Positions 13,283 to 27,410 of a stretch of 64,000 bases of DNA are shown in pieces (position 1 is the first letter of the stretch; each line of letters starts with the position of its first letter). The DNA is from Octopus bimaculoides (taxonomy: Eukaryota). The stretch is from NCBI RefSeq assembly GCF_001194135.2, contig NC_068983.1:120440552-120504551 (forward strand), written 5' to 3'. Made by a program: the position numbers and the translations under genes. The notes under the pieces were generated by a model. The model made no database searches. It saw nothing but the letters and a program-made list of their open reading frames with translations, and was not told the DNA's origin.

Positions 13283-14149
13283 TGAATTCTCGACCCGGTT
13301 TCGATTTTTTGTCTTAGCCATTTCGCTTCATTTACATTTCTNNNNNNNNNNNNNNNNNNNNNNNNNNNNNNNNNNNNNNNNNNNNNNNNNNNNNNNNNNN
13401 NNNNNNNNNNNNNNNNNNNNNNNNNNNNNNNNNNNNNNNNNNNNNNNNNNNNNNNNNNNNNNNNNNNNNNNNNNNNNNNNNNNNNNNNNNNNNNNNNNNN
13501 NNNNNNNNNNNNNNNNNNNNNNNNNNNNNNNNNNNNNNNNNNNNNNNNNNNNNNNNNNNNNNNNNNNNNNNNNNNNNNNNNNNNNNNNNNNNNNNNNNNN
13601 NNNNNNNNNNNNNNNNNNNNNNNNNNNNNNNNNNNNNNNNNNNNNNNNNNNNNNNNNNNNNNNNNNNNNNNNNNNNNNNNNNNNNNNNNNNNNNNNNNNN
13701 NNNNNNNNNNNNNNNNNNNNNNNNNNNNNNNNNNNNNNNNNNNNNNNTTTTTTTTTCTTTTGGAAAGCTATTTCAAATCACTTATAACTTAACTCTCACC
13801 ATACACCAAAGAATGATATTAAATTCTTTTATAAACATTCTCAGATTAAGATATAACTTTATTTTAGTCAAAGATTTTTTTTTTTTTAGAAATTCATAGA
13901 ATAGAAATATGCAAAATTTTATACTTGTCAACACCATTATATCTTTATGGGATGTTAGACCAATTTACATTAATATACATCTGACATTGTCTTCTCATAG
14001 CGACACTTTGTATATTACATAGTTTATAATACTGACCTTTCAACCCTATGTCATCAGCTGGCATTTAGTATCACTGTAGAGCGCCGTACAATGGAAACTA
14101 GCACAATTTGAACAAGAAAGTAACAATGTTTTGCTTTATCATTTTCATG

Positions 14150-15360
14150 TCAAACGTTTTTCGATGGAAAATTATATATCATTTGAAAACTTTAAATGAG
14201 AACTTTCTTTTCATATAGTTTTAATTAAAACCCGACAGCTACATATCAAGTCAGAGTCCTTTAAACACCCCGATATTTTCACGCATTTTCAAAGTTTGTC
14301 CCAGGTTTTTTTTTTTGTCTGAACGGTAGCCCTTGTTCTAGTTCAATACGCTCGAGTACCATAACTCGAGATGAGTTAAAAATCATATGTGTGTGTAGAG
14401 GAATCTTACAGCTTTATTTTGATATAAAACTTGATGTGGGGTAGGTCAGATAATCGTTACGAAATATAAAAGTGAAAATTTTATAGTTAATTTTCACTTC
14501 GAAAAAAAAAATAAACAAAACATTTCTTCAAGATAAGAAAGAAAAAAATATTGCTAACTCATGGTCATCGCCGATTCTGGCCACGGTATGGCAAAAACGG
14601 TGCAAAATTCAATGAAAGGGTGCTATACTTAGGCTTTTTGTATGCGATTAAACACATTGACTCCACTCGTCAAACTGACGTATTCCCACTCGGCGTGAGA
14701 TCGTACAGAAGACGACTTCAAGGCTTCAGATATCGATTTTGATCCAGAATTTCAAGAAATGGACAAATTGATTGGTACGTAAACATGTTTCTATGAGAAT
14801 TCGTACTAGATTGACTTAAATAGGGTCCCCAAAAGCCAAAATTAGCATGTAATCGTCGTATTAATAATGTTGTTTATTTCCTATCTCATTGTACCCAGCG
14901 ACGTATGAATTTTACCTCGCGCATATTCTTGTACAAATAAATTTCGTATTTCCTAGAGAAATATTGGTCTGTTTTCGTCAATGAAAATTATGTAATGAAT
15001 ATTATTTTGTTGGCTATTAAAATCCGATGTGATGTTTTTTTTTACTTTTTTTCTCCCGATTTTAAATACAATCGCGTGATGTTTACATTTTCACAAGTGC
15101 TGATTTTCACTTTTATATTTCGTAACGATTGTCTGATCTCATCACCATCGAGATTTATATCAAAATGAATCTAAAAAATTCATTTACATTCTTGTATGAT
15201 TATCAGCACTACTGGAGTTATAACGCTCAAGCGCATTAAACTAGATTGAGGGCTAAGTATAAATACCAGGTTGTTTGAGAGACACTGTCAACATAGGTGT
15301 CAGATTTTGATTAAAACTATGCGAGAACAAAGTTCTCATCCAGAACTTTCAATGAAAACG
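14150..15360. mobile_element. Non-autonomous DNA transposon-like element with nested degenerate inverted repeats
   Basis: 14180-14240 inverted to 15295-15355 and 14417-14480 inverted to 15105-15170; termini not resolved. Confidence 0.5.
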
Positions 15361-15669
15361 GCTATTTTGAGGTGAAAATGATGTGCCAGAAAATGTTTTT
15401 GTGTGGCCAAACTGTGTCACCCCTCCCACAGAGCTCTCCAAGGATACTTATTAAATTTATTGTAAAGCTCCAAACTTAGATTCAGTTTTATACCCCTACA
15501 AGTGTATCAAAACTGAGATCCCCTACACATAACATCGCAATGTAGCGGAAGCCTCTCTCGGTTGTATATTTGTAAATGCGGACGTAGTGGGTAACATCCA
15601 GCTTTCGACCGCATCTTGGACCCTGCTGTGTCCATCACTCTGATTTATTTCGCTCCAGAGTGCATACCA

Positions 15670-15800
15670 ACCAAGGGCATCCAGCTGTAGAAACTCTGCC
15701 AGATCAGATTGGAGCCTAGTGCAGCCTTCTGGCTTGCCAGTCCTCAGTCAAATTGTCCAACTCATGATAGCATGGAAAGCAGACGTTAAATGATGATGAT
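15670..15800 (+). mobile_element. RTE LINE 3' tail ending (GAT)n
   Basis: Reverse complement of 433-580. Confidence 0.8.
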
Positions 15801-15809
15801 AAATATATA

Positions 15810-16250
15810 ATCTGTGCTTGACCAATTTGGTTCCTTGCCAAAAGGATATCCACAACTTTGGAGAAGCTTCCTTTCTTCCACTTCTTAACTGCAAATGTGC
15901 CTCCAATTTTACAGACAACTTGTTACACACACTAGATAAATCACCTCCAACACTCCTTTTCCACTCTACCAGGCTCACCACCACACATGCACAACTGCCG
16001 AGTGAAGGCTATTCCAGTTACTTGTGACCAGCAAAGCTTCTGATCCTGACACTATCCTTTCAAACAATGTATCCTAGAGCTAATGTCATAATCACTGAAT
16101 TTTTCAATCTCTTTTACTCTGCTGGAATAAATTGAAATCTTCAGAAACTCTCCAGAGAATGTGTCATTCACAAAAGGCAACCTTTCTTGACTCTCTCTTC
16201 CTTCTGCACTCACTTCCCTTATCTCAAAGGTGAAAAGCCATCAACAATAA
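15810..16250 (-). mobile_element. CR1/L2-like LINE 3' remnant
   Basis: Weak RxxGDLxxV..K..R..KL pattern in ORF 15748-15984. Confidence 0.35.
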
Positions 16251-16529
16251 TATTCTCAATGCCATATATCTCTTTTTAATGATCACCAGTGCAACTTTCA
16301 TTAAGCCAGATGTATACTACAGGCCTACTCAGCTAGTCACTAGTGAGCTCTTTTCCTCAAAAAGTTGGATGAAAGCATTATTAGTCATCAGCAAAGCTTC
16401 TACTGTATGTGACACACTCAAATTGCATGTATTTCTCAACTCTTCAATTTGTGGTTGCTTGACAGATTGTATTATAATAATGTATACTGAATATGCCCTT
16501 GCTCTAACTCAGTCTATTAATTCTGGTAT

Positions 16530-18330
16530 ATACCAGAGTGCTAGAACAATTCATCCCTGGTTATTTCGTCGTCAGTTAATTTATCCCCGGTCAATTTGTT
16601 GTTGATGAATTCATCCCCAGGTCAATTTGTCCCAAAATACTCTCAGATGTGATTTTCAAGGGAAAGTTTAGAACAATCACTTTAGAATTAAAATTGTCAT
16701 TGGACAGTTTTAGATATTTTTTCCTTTCTTTACCCACCCTGCTCTCTGTTTCTCTCTTGGTCTCTCAAGTATCTGTGCTGAACAGTTTACAAACAGATTT
16801 TCAAGCAAATCGAATTAAATTTATTCAATATGCCTACCCATTAACATAACTTCAAAAAAGGAAAAGTCAAATTGGTCAATCAAGAAAATTATATGTACAC
16901 AAAAAATAAGCAGAATGCAGATGGATTGAAAATATACTGGAGGTGCAAAAATTGTATACAAGGCGAGACTTCATACTGATGAAAATTATAAAGAGCTTAA
17001 GATCGAGATCCATAATCATGCTTCAACTGTTGCAGAGGTAAATGCAAGATTAATAGTTTGAAATATTAAAGTCTATTTCATCTTGTGATGCCTCTCACTC
17101 AATTATCACTAAGTTCAGAATTTAAACTACTGTCCGTTGTCGCAAATACCTCCGTTTGCACAGCCTAATAGGAATATTAGACATTAGATGCAAGCTGATT
17201 CTAATTATCCTGCTACCCAACTTATAAATATTGGGTTCTCCATTCCAAGTGAATACTTTTACCAGTATGACAGTGAAATGGAAGATTCAAAATGAATAAC
17301 TAATATTTGCAGGTGATGAAGCACTTTGACAGTTGAAACAGTACAAGAACTAGGTGGCAGATGGAACATTTAAGTGCTGTTCTTGTATATTTTTCCAGTA
17401 AGATATACTTCACATTCAAATTGATAATTTTAGTGCCCCACGACTGTTCGCATTGCTCTCTGATAAAAGTCAAGACACATATAAACTTTTTGCCAAAATA
17501 AATGAATTACTGCAGAATGAAGTACCTGATAATTATGGAATTTGAAAAAGCAGTCCATGATGGATTTCTAGAATCGTTTGCTGGGTTGAATTTGGCATGC
17601 TGCTTGTTTCATTTAGGGCAAAATGTGTACAAACATGTTGTGCAAGAAGGACCAAAATACAGATACCCTGAAGATGACAGTTTTAGTCTAAAAATGCAGT
17701 GTTTTGTTGCCCTTACCTTCTTGCCAGTTGATGTAAATCAGTATAAACAACTTGTAGATGATGATCCACAGTCAATTGTATCCTATTTTGAAAATAATTA
17801 TACAGGACCACCGAGAGGAAGAGGACAGGAAGCTACACCTTGAACCTCCATATTGAATTTCCATTACCAATATGGAATGTTTGAGATTGATGTATGACTA
17901 GGATTGCTCGTACTACAAATAGTTTAGAAGCCTACCACAGTGCCCTGAAAAACTGAATATTAGTCATCCAAATATTTGGTAACTTGTTGATGTGATTAAA
18001 TGTGAGGAAATGTTTGCCAGTACCAAATTGCAGAAGTTTATGCAAGAAGAACCAAGCCAAAAGAAAAGATAGAGATATGAACCTGCATATAAAAAAATGT
18101 CATGGCAAAATGTGATCCAAGCCAAAAATTACTTTTCTAAAAGCAATTGCACACAATCTTAAATTTTAAGAAAAAATAAATATGTAATACAGCAAATCTT
18201 AAAATAGGTGTTTTTTAATTCAGATATTCATTCTTCCATTTTTCCTATGATCTTGACAGATTGACCTGAGGATGAATTGACCAATGATGAATTGACTATG
18301 GACAAATTGCCATCGAATTGACTGGATACC
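16530..18330 (+). mobile_element. Mutator-like (MULE) transposon, decayed transposase
   Basis: EFEKAV..F..CLFHLGQNVYK..ALTFLP..YFENNYTG and PIWNV..RTTNxLEAYH motifs; subterminal ggtcaattcatcc-type repeats in opposite orientation at the two ends. Confidence 0.85.
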
Positions 18331-18399
18331 TATACCAGGGTTCAGTTTTGTACTCCACATTTGTCCTCTAATCCATCAACAATCTATTATATACACCCT

Positions 18400-19080
18400 T
18401 GAACACATATGCACATTCACACACAACTTATCTGTATACTCAACTTCTACGCCCACTTGTGTTTACACTCTCTCTTGCTCATGCTCCAAAGCACACTTGT
18501 ATCTGCACTTTCAAGCCTACCCATACTTACATGCACTCTTGCACATGCATGCATTTGCATGCATACATGTACACTTATGAATTTGCTTGCACACTTTCAC
18601 CTACAATTCTCACCTGCACACAATGCTTGCTCTTGCTTATGCATGTGCTCTTGCACATGCAGTCTTGTGCATGCATGCTTTGTTTACTCCTGCACATGTA
18701 TAGTCTCACATGTACTCCTTGCTATTGCTGATGCACACTGACTCATGAGCATACACACACACATACATTCAGTGTCCTGCTTGAACTCACTTATACATGT
18801 GCACATTCACACATGCACTCTATAGGACTCTTTCACATGTGTACGAACTCTTTCGCATGTATGCACACTTTCTCACCCATGCGTGCACTCTTTTTCCATG
18901 AGCTCACATTCTCTCCCAAGTGCATGCTCTAATTCCCTTACATGCAGGTGCTCATGCTCTCTGTCTCTCACTCACACTCCTACCTCTTTCTCTCCCACTG
19001 TCCCCTCTCTCTCTTTCACACAATTGCTCTCTCTTGTATACTTGAGCGTGCATGTACACACTGAAACTTACAAACGTACA
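18400..19080. repeat. Degenerate CA/TGCA-rich low-complexity tract
   Basis: Decayed cacacatgcac-type units; explains overlapping His/Thr/Cys-rich spurious ORFs. Confidence 0.7.
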
Positions 19081-19969
19081 CAAAGTAATCAATTATATCA
19101 TGCAAATAACTACTTGTTAGTTTTGTGTTATTTAGAATCTTTTTTTACAACAAACAAATAAAGTTATAAATGGTTATCATAGCCACAAAACAATTTTTTA
19201 AAACTTTCAATACATAATCTCGGATCAAAACACTTGTCAAACAAATATAACTGCAGAAGTAAACTTGTTTTTTAGTAACTTCTCAAATTGTTTGCTTTGC
19301 TTCTGAGTATGTAATGTGATAAAATGCTCCCACACAGGATGCAAATATTTAATTTGAAAGTGAAAAACAATTCTCACCTTGATGGGTTTTTTCTTGTTTC
19401 ATTCTTTCTATTAGTCACAAATCAGCCTTAATCCAAGAAATCTATAATAGGAAACCTTCATGTTGGTGTTTAATCACAGATCAATATTGATTCAGGAGAT
19501 GCTTAATGCTTTTGTCTAGTTCCAAGTCGGTCTTGTTCCAGCAAACATCTGTTGTTTTAGTCCCAGATCAGTCCTGATGTGAGAGACTGATAGTTTCAAG
19601 TTGTATCAATGTCATTTTCTTTCTTTTTTGGATTTGTCAAGAAGATATTTTCTTCTCTAAATACCTTTTTGTTTCTAGGCTTAATCGTTTATCACCTTCT
19701 TCATATACACAGCTTCTTAAAATTCTTTCAACTCACCAATTTGTACATCATTACAGTTTGATTTATTGGTACTTGGAAAAGTGTGAGCTAAGTGGTACAA
19801 AACTAAATGTAGTGAGATTTGAATTAATGTACACGTGTATTTGATGCTTCAGTTATACACTGCACTTTATACTTTCCCATCTAATATTGTTTCACCTTTT
19901 CTCTTATATCAAACTTAAATTTAGAGCGAGTGTGGCATTCATGTTATTCTCAATGGCATTAATAATGTA

Positions 19970-20150
19970 TGAGGGTCAGCTGAAGAGTTCATAGGCTGAC
20001 CAAGAAATATCCTGGAATGTGACCAAATGAGGTTTTTCAACATAGTCCCCCTTGCTGTCCACACATTTCTTCCACTGTCTCTGTAGTGCTTGGATCTCAT
20101 TGGAGAAAAAGCTTTCATCCTCGAACACATATTGATATTTTCCAATATTT
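19970..20150 (-). mobile_element. Mariner 3' end fragment
   Basis: TA + tgagggtcagctgaagagttcataggc TIR; FFSNEIQAL..WKKCVDSKGDYVEK. Confidence 0.85.
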
Positions 20151-22969
20151 CCTCCTGATAAACACATTTAATGGAATGATGATGTACCCAAAGGTAGTCC
20201 ATTGCTGGGATTTAAGCAAAAAAACCTTTCGTGATTTTAATTCTTAAACCCTCACCCACATGTGTATGTATATATTAAAAAAAAAAAGCCTTTATTAACA
20301 GAAAAGTACATTATTAAAATAAATTCTTTTACATTTTTTAAAACCCTTGGATAAATCCCAACAATGACTTCAGGCTCTTCAATACCTGTGTGATTGATAA
20401 GGGTTAAGTCTAATTTGAGCATCTGTAACGATTTATAGGAGTGGGGATGAATTTTTTTTCCATAATCATATGAGGTCCAGTGTGCAGAACAAATTCACAA
20501 ATTTCTGAAAATATCAAAGAAATAGGAAAATTATGACCAGTTAAAGGGTGTATTTTGATCCAGAATCCATAATAGCTTGTGTGCATGTGCAAATATTAAC
20601 TTTTTGAATTTGGATTTCAAAGGATTTCAAAAATTATTTTCAGATTGAACAGAAATAAATAAGATTTGAATTGTCTGTATTCTAAAACTGATTATAAAAA
20701 AGAATTTCAAAGAAAGAGTGGAAATTTTAGGATTTATGGTGGGAATTAAAATTTTTTTCATAATATGAATTGCTGTGTGTAGAACACAAATTTTCAAAAA
20801 TTCTCTGAAAATTAGAAAAAAATAAAGTTATGAGCGATTATATTGGAGGGTCATCTAATGTAGCAACCATGTCAGCTTGAATGTCTTTGGGAGCTGCCCT
20901 TTTTCTGCAGGTACTTGATAACACCACAATGCCGTCATCCTTTTTGTTTTTCTCTCCCACCCTTTCCCTATTCTTTTCCTTTCACCGTTCCCTCTCTCGC
21001 TCTCACACTTCTTCCTTAATCCTCTTGTCGCTGACACATGACGAAAGAAATTCTTTCTTTATATTTGCTGCCTTCTTATAGAGAAGACATGATTTTTCTG
21101 TCTCATTCACATCCAACTAGCGTTCAAAATAATAATTTTTCTATAGTCTTGGCTTAACAACCCTTACCGTTTGTTTTTACTGTCTGGTCTTGTTTTTAAC
21201 CGTCTTGTCTTGTTTTTACTATCTTGTTCTCACTGTCCTGTTCTTGTTAACACTTTCATCCTCCTCAAAAAATTCCAAATTTTATTTAATTTGCTTTGCG
21301 GGAAGGACTTCCAACGAAGTCGCGTATTGTCCTTGCCTTCGAAACACGGAGTAGATGGATAGGGACAACTGATGAAGGGGAATATTCTTTATGTTGCATG
21401 TCTCGTTTCTCTTTGTTTTTTTTTTGTTGTGCGAATAAAAGTTCATTTTCTGTTTTCGTTTCTCATTGTGTTTAACGTTTTTTGTGATGTCCTGTACCCA
21501 TATATGCATGTATGTATACATATAGATGTAGGTATGTACATATGTGTATGTATATATATATATANNNNNNNNNNNNNNNNNNNNNNNNNNNNNNNNNNNN
21601 NNNNNNNNNNNNNNNNNNNNNNNNNNNNNNNNNNNNNNNNNNNNNNNNNNNNNTCATTAAAAGATTTATTTAATCATGAACATAGAAATTATACATTAAT
21701 CGCAATTTTTTTAAGCAGTTTTATCCATAAAAATTTTATTTGCATAGAGCAAAATTTGAAAGATATATGAAATGGACGTGTGTGTGGGTGTGTGTATGTG
21801 AGAGAGAAAGTAAGAAAGTGAGATAGTGAGTGAGTGAAGTAATTGTTATATGCTTATAGAAAAACAATTTATATTATAGAAATTGATATATACCTGTTGA
21901 AGATTAAAATGTATGTAAGAGCTATTGTTTTCGACGCGTGTATAATCATAGAGAAACTGAAAGACAGATGTCTGTGTGTGTGTGTGTATTTTTGGCGGGA
22001 TTTTTGCATTTAGCAGGAGTTGGTTTGTTTTATCGCTTGATCAATGGCCGTACAAGAGAAAAGGAAAGGCAATCTTTTGAAGTGGGCGTCTAATGAAGAG
22101 ACATGGACAGATTTATGACTAAACTTCTTTTGAAGTTGTGGTGAGATGGGAGAATTGATATGCATGTATGTATGTCTGTGTGTGTGTGTGTTTGATGGGG
22201 TGTGCGCGACAGATTAATGTTGATGGTGTATGTGTATATGAGAGAGAAAGAAAGAAAGAGATAAATGAAATTTATCATTCAGTTTATTTTATGTATATAT
22301 GTATGAATGGCTTCAGTGACACATACACGCATGCACGCAGGTTTTAATCAATTTTCTCTGTAAGTATGGGGGCTAGGAAAAAAATAGAAAGCGCGTTCCA
22401 ATCTATGCACCCGTCTCCACGTGTGTCATTTTTCATGCAAATACACCCAGCCGTTTGGCAATGAACCTCAAGACAAGAAAGAATACAATGGTCAGCCAAC
22501 TTCAACTTATATTATATTTATATATATATATATATATGTTCAGATTTCTCTTAGTTTCTTTTTAGCAGTTAGTAAGCTAGGGTGGAACAGTTAATGTTTA
22601 CCTTTTTAATGCAATATATTGTACAGATATCAGTGAATATAAATTCAATTCTGGCTGTTATAATTTTTTCTTTCACAAAATAGCTAAATAGAGTACTCTG
22701 TTTAAAATATTTACAGACATATACATTTTGGTGTATGTGATTTCTCATTTTATTGGTTTTATTTATAAATGAATATAGTTTCTCAACAATTTTGTCTGTA
22801 TGTTATCTATTTTAATCACTTCAATTTATTTCTTGCAATCTTAAATAAAATCTCTCTTGTGAATTTGCTTTATTTAAAAAAATTTTTGAATAAAGATTTG
22901 GTCAGAATTTATTGTCAAATATTTTGCTTAAAAATTCTAATTTAGTAAATTTTCTGCTATTTTCAGTTT

Positions 22970-24008
22970 ATGATGCTCTTTGAAAGTGAAGTAGAGACAT
23001 CAACTGAAGTTTGTCCAGAATCGGCAGAGAAGGATGGACCAGCAGTTGTTGAAAGATTCTGCGATGAAACTGAACGTTCAAGGACAATGCTCACAGGCTT
23101 TGCCAAATTGTATGAGAAAAATCTATTCACTGATGTCATATTATGTGCTGGACGTAAAGAATTTCCTTGTCATAAAAATGTACTTGCTATTTCAAGTCCT
23201 TACTTTATGGCAATGTTTACCAATGACATGGCTGAAAAGAATCAAAAAAAGATCACTTTACGATCAATTGACTCTCAAACAGCTCAGTTGGTGTTGGACT
23301 ACATTTACACTGGATCAGTTATGCTTTCTAAAGATACAGTTCAGGAGTTACTATCGGCAGCAAATATATTTCAGCTGGTGTCATTAAAGACAGGTTGTGC
23401 TTCATTTATGAAGAACCATGTAGATGTTAGCAACTGCATTGGTGTTTACTTTTTTGCTCTTGCTCATGGATGTATGGCGCTATCAAATGTTTCGAAAACT
23501 ATTATTAATCAGGAATTCTCTCGTCTCTATCGTGAAAATGAATTTTTGAATCTTCCTGCTGACAAAGTCGTTGAAATTATTAGTGATGATAACATTTGTA
23601 TAAGTCAGGAAGAAGTGGTTTATGAGGCATGTATGGCTTGGCTTAAGCATGACATAAATGAACGAGTAGGCTCTTTAGATGTCATCTTGAACCATGTTCG
23701 CTTTGCCAATATCAACTCCTACTATTTCTGTGATAAAATTGATTCTGATCTGTCTCTTTTAAGTTATGAAAACGTCCAAAAGACTTTACACTCTGTTCGT
23801 CTGTATTATATGCTCAAAAACCGTCATTTAGAACTGGGGCTAAATCTGATGCCACGCAGAGGTATGGACTTTAAACGAGGTATAGTAATAATTGCCAATC
23901 CGTATGCAGAAGATCCACAGAGGAAGTATGGTGCGATGGAAATACTCTTTCCTAAAACTGGTAATGTTCGTTATGTATGTAAACTCCCTCAAGGTCTTTG
24001 CACACCAG
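22970..24008 (+). CDS. Kelch-like BTB-BACK-Kelch protein, coding exon 1 (BTB + BACK)
   Basis: LFTDVILCAG..FPCHKNVLAISSPYFMAMF BTB motif and BACK (EEVVYEACMAWLKHD); acceptor ttttcAG at 22965-66; donor CAG|GTAAGT at 24008/9, phase 1. Confidence 0.97.
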
Positions 24009-24376
24009 GTAAGTTCAGTATTTAAGTCTTTCATAGAAATTGTGAAGGAAATATACTTATTATAAGTGATTCATTCTCATTTTCTCTTGATTAAAAGTTA
24101 TTTCATTTCCACCTGAAGAAAATTATGGTCCATATAATTTTATATTTCTTTGTATTTGTTGTATATTAAGAAATATTTCAATATTTCTTCAATATTTTTA
24201 AATCTAGGAAATAACTATTCAATTATGTCTAAGGAGTTTGGCAATCTTGACATATTAGGAAGGGTACGGTGTTCCAACCTGAATCAGATTTTATCCAATT
24301 TGCTTCCCACTCTGTTTTGTTTTATCAATTGTAAGTGGCAGGATATACTTTGTATGTGCATGATAGGATTGTTTAA

Positions 24377-24913
24377 CCCCATGACAATGGATTTTTTTTT
24401 TTTAATCAAGTGACTAAGTTGCATTGATGGTAATTATCTCAGCTGAGATAAGCAATTAGCACATGGCAATGGTTCCACATATATTTACATCAACTGCTTT
24501 AATCAGTTTACGGCAGTGATTCATTCGGTTGCCTGCGCGCAGCAATGGTAATTGTGCCAATGGAGGTCAGCACTCAGTGCGAGATAATGTTTGTATATTT
24601 ATGTGAACTGCTTTAGTGCAAGTGCTGTTTATTTACCTAAACTATATCCCTGTGCAGGACACTCATGCAGTATTATTCCTGAATAATATCACTCGACAGC
24701 ACAAGTGAGATCAACTTCATGTATTTACAAACACGTGAATTCACTTTAGTATGGTAGTTCAAAACAGGGTACCACACACAATGGCATATCATACTGTGAA
24801 CAATGGTTGCTTGCGCATCTCTTTGAAGCATTTGTCTTCTTGGTGGTGGGGAGAAACAGTCATGGAAAATGTCCACACCCCTTCACCATTCACCATTCAG
24901 CGAGCAAGCGAGC

Positions 24914-24948
<35 letters not shown>

Positions 24949-26506
24949 AGAGTCTGGTGTGGGGATGTCCACACATTCTGCACTTTGGCAGGTCTGATAT
25001 TTCTATCATTTCATAGAACAATAGATTCCTAAATGTCAATCCATCCTCCACACTGTCAAGTATCTGCCAAATCAAATGTGAGTTCATGACACATCAACTA
25101 TATACATGAACATTTTTTTGTACCATTTCACAAATTTCCTTACCCATTTGTGTTTCATTACCAGCTGATCTGAGCAATTGACTCCTCTATCCCTTCAGTG
25201 TATGAAACATCTACACTTGGTTTCATTATGGTATTACCATCCACATCTTGTTTCCTAGTGTCCTTCATGTTTGCAGAATGCATTGTAGATAACATGCAGA
25301 CATTTTTCTTGTCGCACCACACTAAAGCAAGAATGCCACTATCGTTGCATCGGTATGCTGTTTCTTCCTTTCAAAGTTTTATCTTGTGAAAATCAGACTG
25401 CATGCCTTTTACTGTAGCCTTTTTCAAACAAATTTTCATTCAGCAGCATCATGCCATCAGATCAATTGATATTAGAGTAGATGCTGGAAGATCCAATCTG
25501 TCTTGACCACTGTAGATTTTGTAATTCCACATCTACCCACAGGCTCTGCCAGCCGACTGGCATACCTTGACTCCAATGCTGGCTTGTTTGGCTGGGTTGT
25601 ATTGTTTGAATCAGAGCCTTCCCTTGAATTTCCACAAACTCTTGTCTGTACAAGTGTCTTGTGTGGGGACATACACTGTTCTGAAATTTTCAGCTACTTC
25701 GTCAACGATAGGACATATTTTGTGTAGCTTGTCATCCTGGTTCTCGCCTGTGTTGAAATGTAGATTTATTGATCATGTGGCATCGTTTCTGGAAAGAAGG
25801 GTGTCAACTTGGCTGGATTCAGATTCCAATATGTTGCCGGGGTTAGTTTCTTCACATTGCCTAGCAGGGCAAGCAGAACTTTGATTTTTTTGTTCCCCCC
25901 TGTGGTTGGAAATCAATCATCGCCATAGCTTGGTCTGAGATGCTGGGGATGGTTTTTGGCAGTCATTTGTTTCATCCACTATATATTGAAGCATTTTGTC
26001 TGTCAAAAACTTGTGGAGAATTTCCAATGGTGAACATCCATGTTCAAGGTTTACCTTTATTCCAGGCATACCAGTAAACCCATGCAGTCAGATGAAATTG
26101 CTTCTTGCTTGCCACATGGCATTCTGTTGTCCAGGGCCGTTAACTGCTGCCTGCCTGCCTGTACCTTTGATTCACCAGAATATCATCATTGTTATTGGAA
26201 TCCTCTGATTCTGAACTAGGAAAATATTCACTCTCTGAGTCATCATCTGAACTGGAAGAAAGAACTGGTGAGGTGGTGGAGCTTGGTGTGACAACCGTAA
26301 ATTTGAAATAGGACGCGACGACAGAGCTGGAGTTGCAGGACCAGCCTATCGGGTAGTAAATATTTACATGAAACGTCTAATTGGCTTATCAGTTGGCAGG
26401 TGGATCGGTACTCAGGCGACAAGTTCTAAGTCAGATGGCGTATAATTGTCAACTGATTTAAAATATGTACATTGCATGCGTGAATTTGTCAACCGTTTTA
26501 AAAGGG
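24377..26506 (-). mobile_element. Decayed piggyBac element in Kelch intron 1
   Basis: Minus strand DKLHKICPIVD..YVPTQDTCTDKSLWKFKGRL..FKQY, GILALVWCDKKNVCMLSTMH and C-terminal PLCVVPCF; AAAGGG|TTAA end at 26506; left end TTAA|CCC at 24373-24379 is tentative. Confidence 0.8.
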
Positions 26507-26649
26507 TTAACAAATTTAAAAGCCAGTTGTTTAGCCCCAGGTTAGCTTTAATGAAGCACACCTATGATTAAAGATATTTCAGTTTTGACTGTTATTTCTT
26601 CCTCTATAGTGTCCAGGCCTTAAATTGCTTATGTCCTTTTTAAGTAGAG

Positions 26650-26927
26650 CAGGGGTTTTCAAACTGTGGTCCGCGGACCACAGGGGGTCCGCAAGGACAA
26701 GACAAGGGGTCCGTGGACAGCAAATACTTTTTATGGGCAATATGATTTTATATATGTTTTTTAATCGAAATCTTTTAATTGACAATATACCTATTTGTTA
26801 AATGCTGTTAAATAAATGCAAAAATGTTATTTTAAGCAAATATTTATGTATAAATTTCATAAGCGTTTATAAGGGTAAAGCCTGAAATATAAAGTGGTCC
26901 GCAAGTCAAAAAGTTTGAAAACCCCTG
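26650..26927. mobile_element. hAT-family MITE
   Basis: TIR caggggttttcaaact / agtttgaaaacccctg; perfect 8-bp TSD aagtagag (26642-49, 26928-35). Confidence 0.95.
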
Positions 26928-27283
26928 AAGTAGAGTATAATTTCAAATATTTGGTTGTTCTTCAGCAGATGTAGATCGTTGGATCTAGCTATGTTTTAGC
27001 TGCAGGTCAGCTTTGTCTGAGGGGGCCTATGATTAAAGCTGTTCTAGCTGCGATCATCACATCTTTTTAAATAGCCAATTATTCTACTCTGCTCTCTCAT
27101 TAACTGAAAATAGGGATCACTCTCACTTAACAGGTGGGAGTGTAAGAATACCCAGCTTTAACACAAATGCTTCAATGATTCAAACAAATATTCAATATTT
27201 GTGCAATCATCTAATCTCTAGATAGTATGGGGTGGTGGGGAAGTAACATGCACGTGAGAAAATGTCTTAATTATTGTAAAATA

Positions 27284-27410
27284 CAGGGGGTCCGCAAAGT
27301 CTGGGTACATGGAGTAAATAAAATCATAACATAAACAATTAAATATAAGAAATAATAATTTCTTAAAGTATGTGTTAATCCCCATGTACCCAGACTTTGT
27401 GGACACCCTG
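27284..27410. mobile_element. Tc1/mariner-type MITE
   Basis: TIR caggg(g/t)gtcc(g/a)caaagtctgggtacat with TA on both sides. Confidence 0.9.

Noticed and set aside
18399-19161. Cys/His-rich metallothionein- or zinc-finger-like ORFs
   Set aside because: Translation of a decayed CA/TGCA low-complexity tract, with no regular motif spacing
9420-26506. Domesticated transposase gene (hAT, MULE or piggyBac)
   Set aside because: All three are broken by several stops and frameshifts with no compensating splice sites
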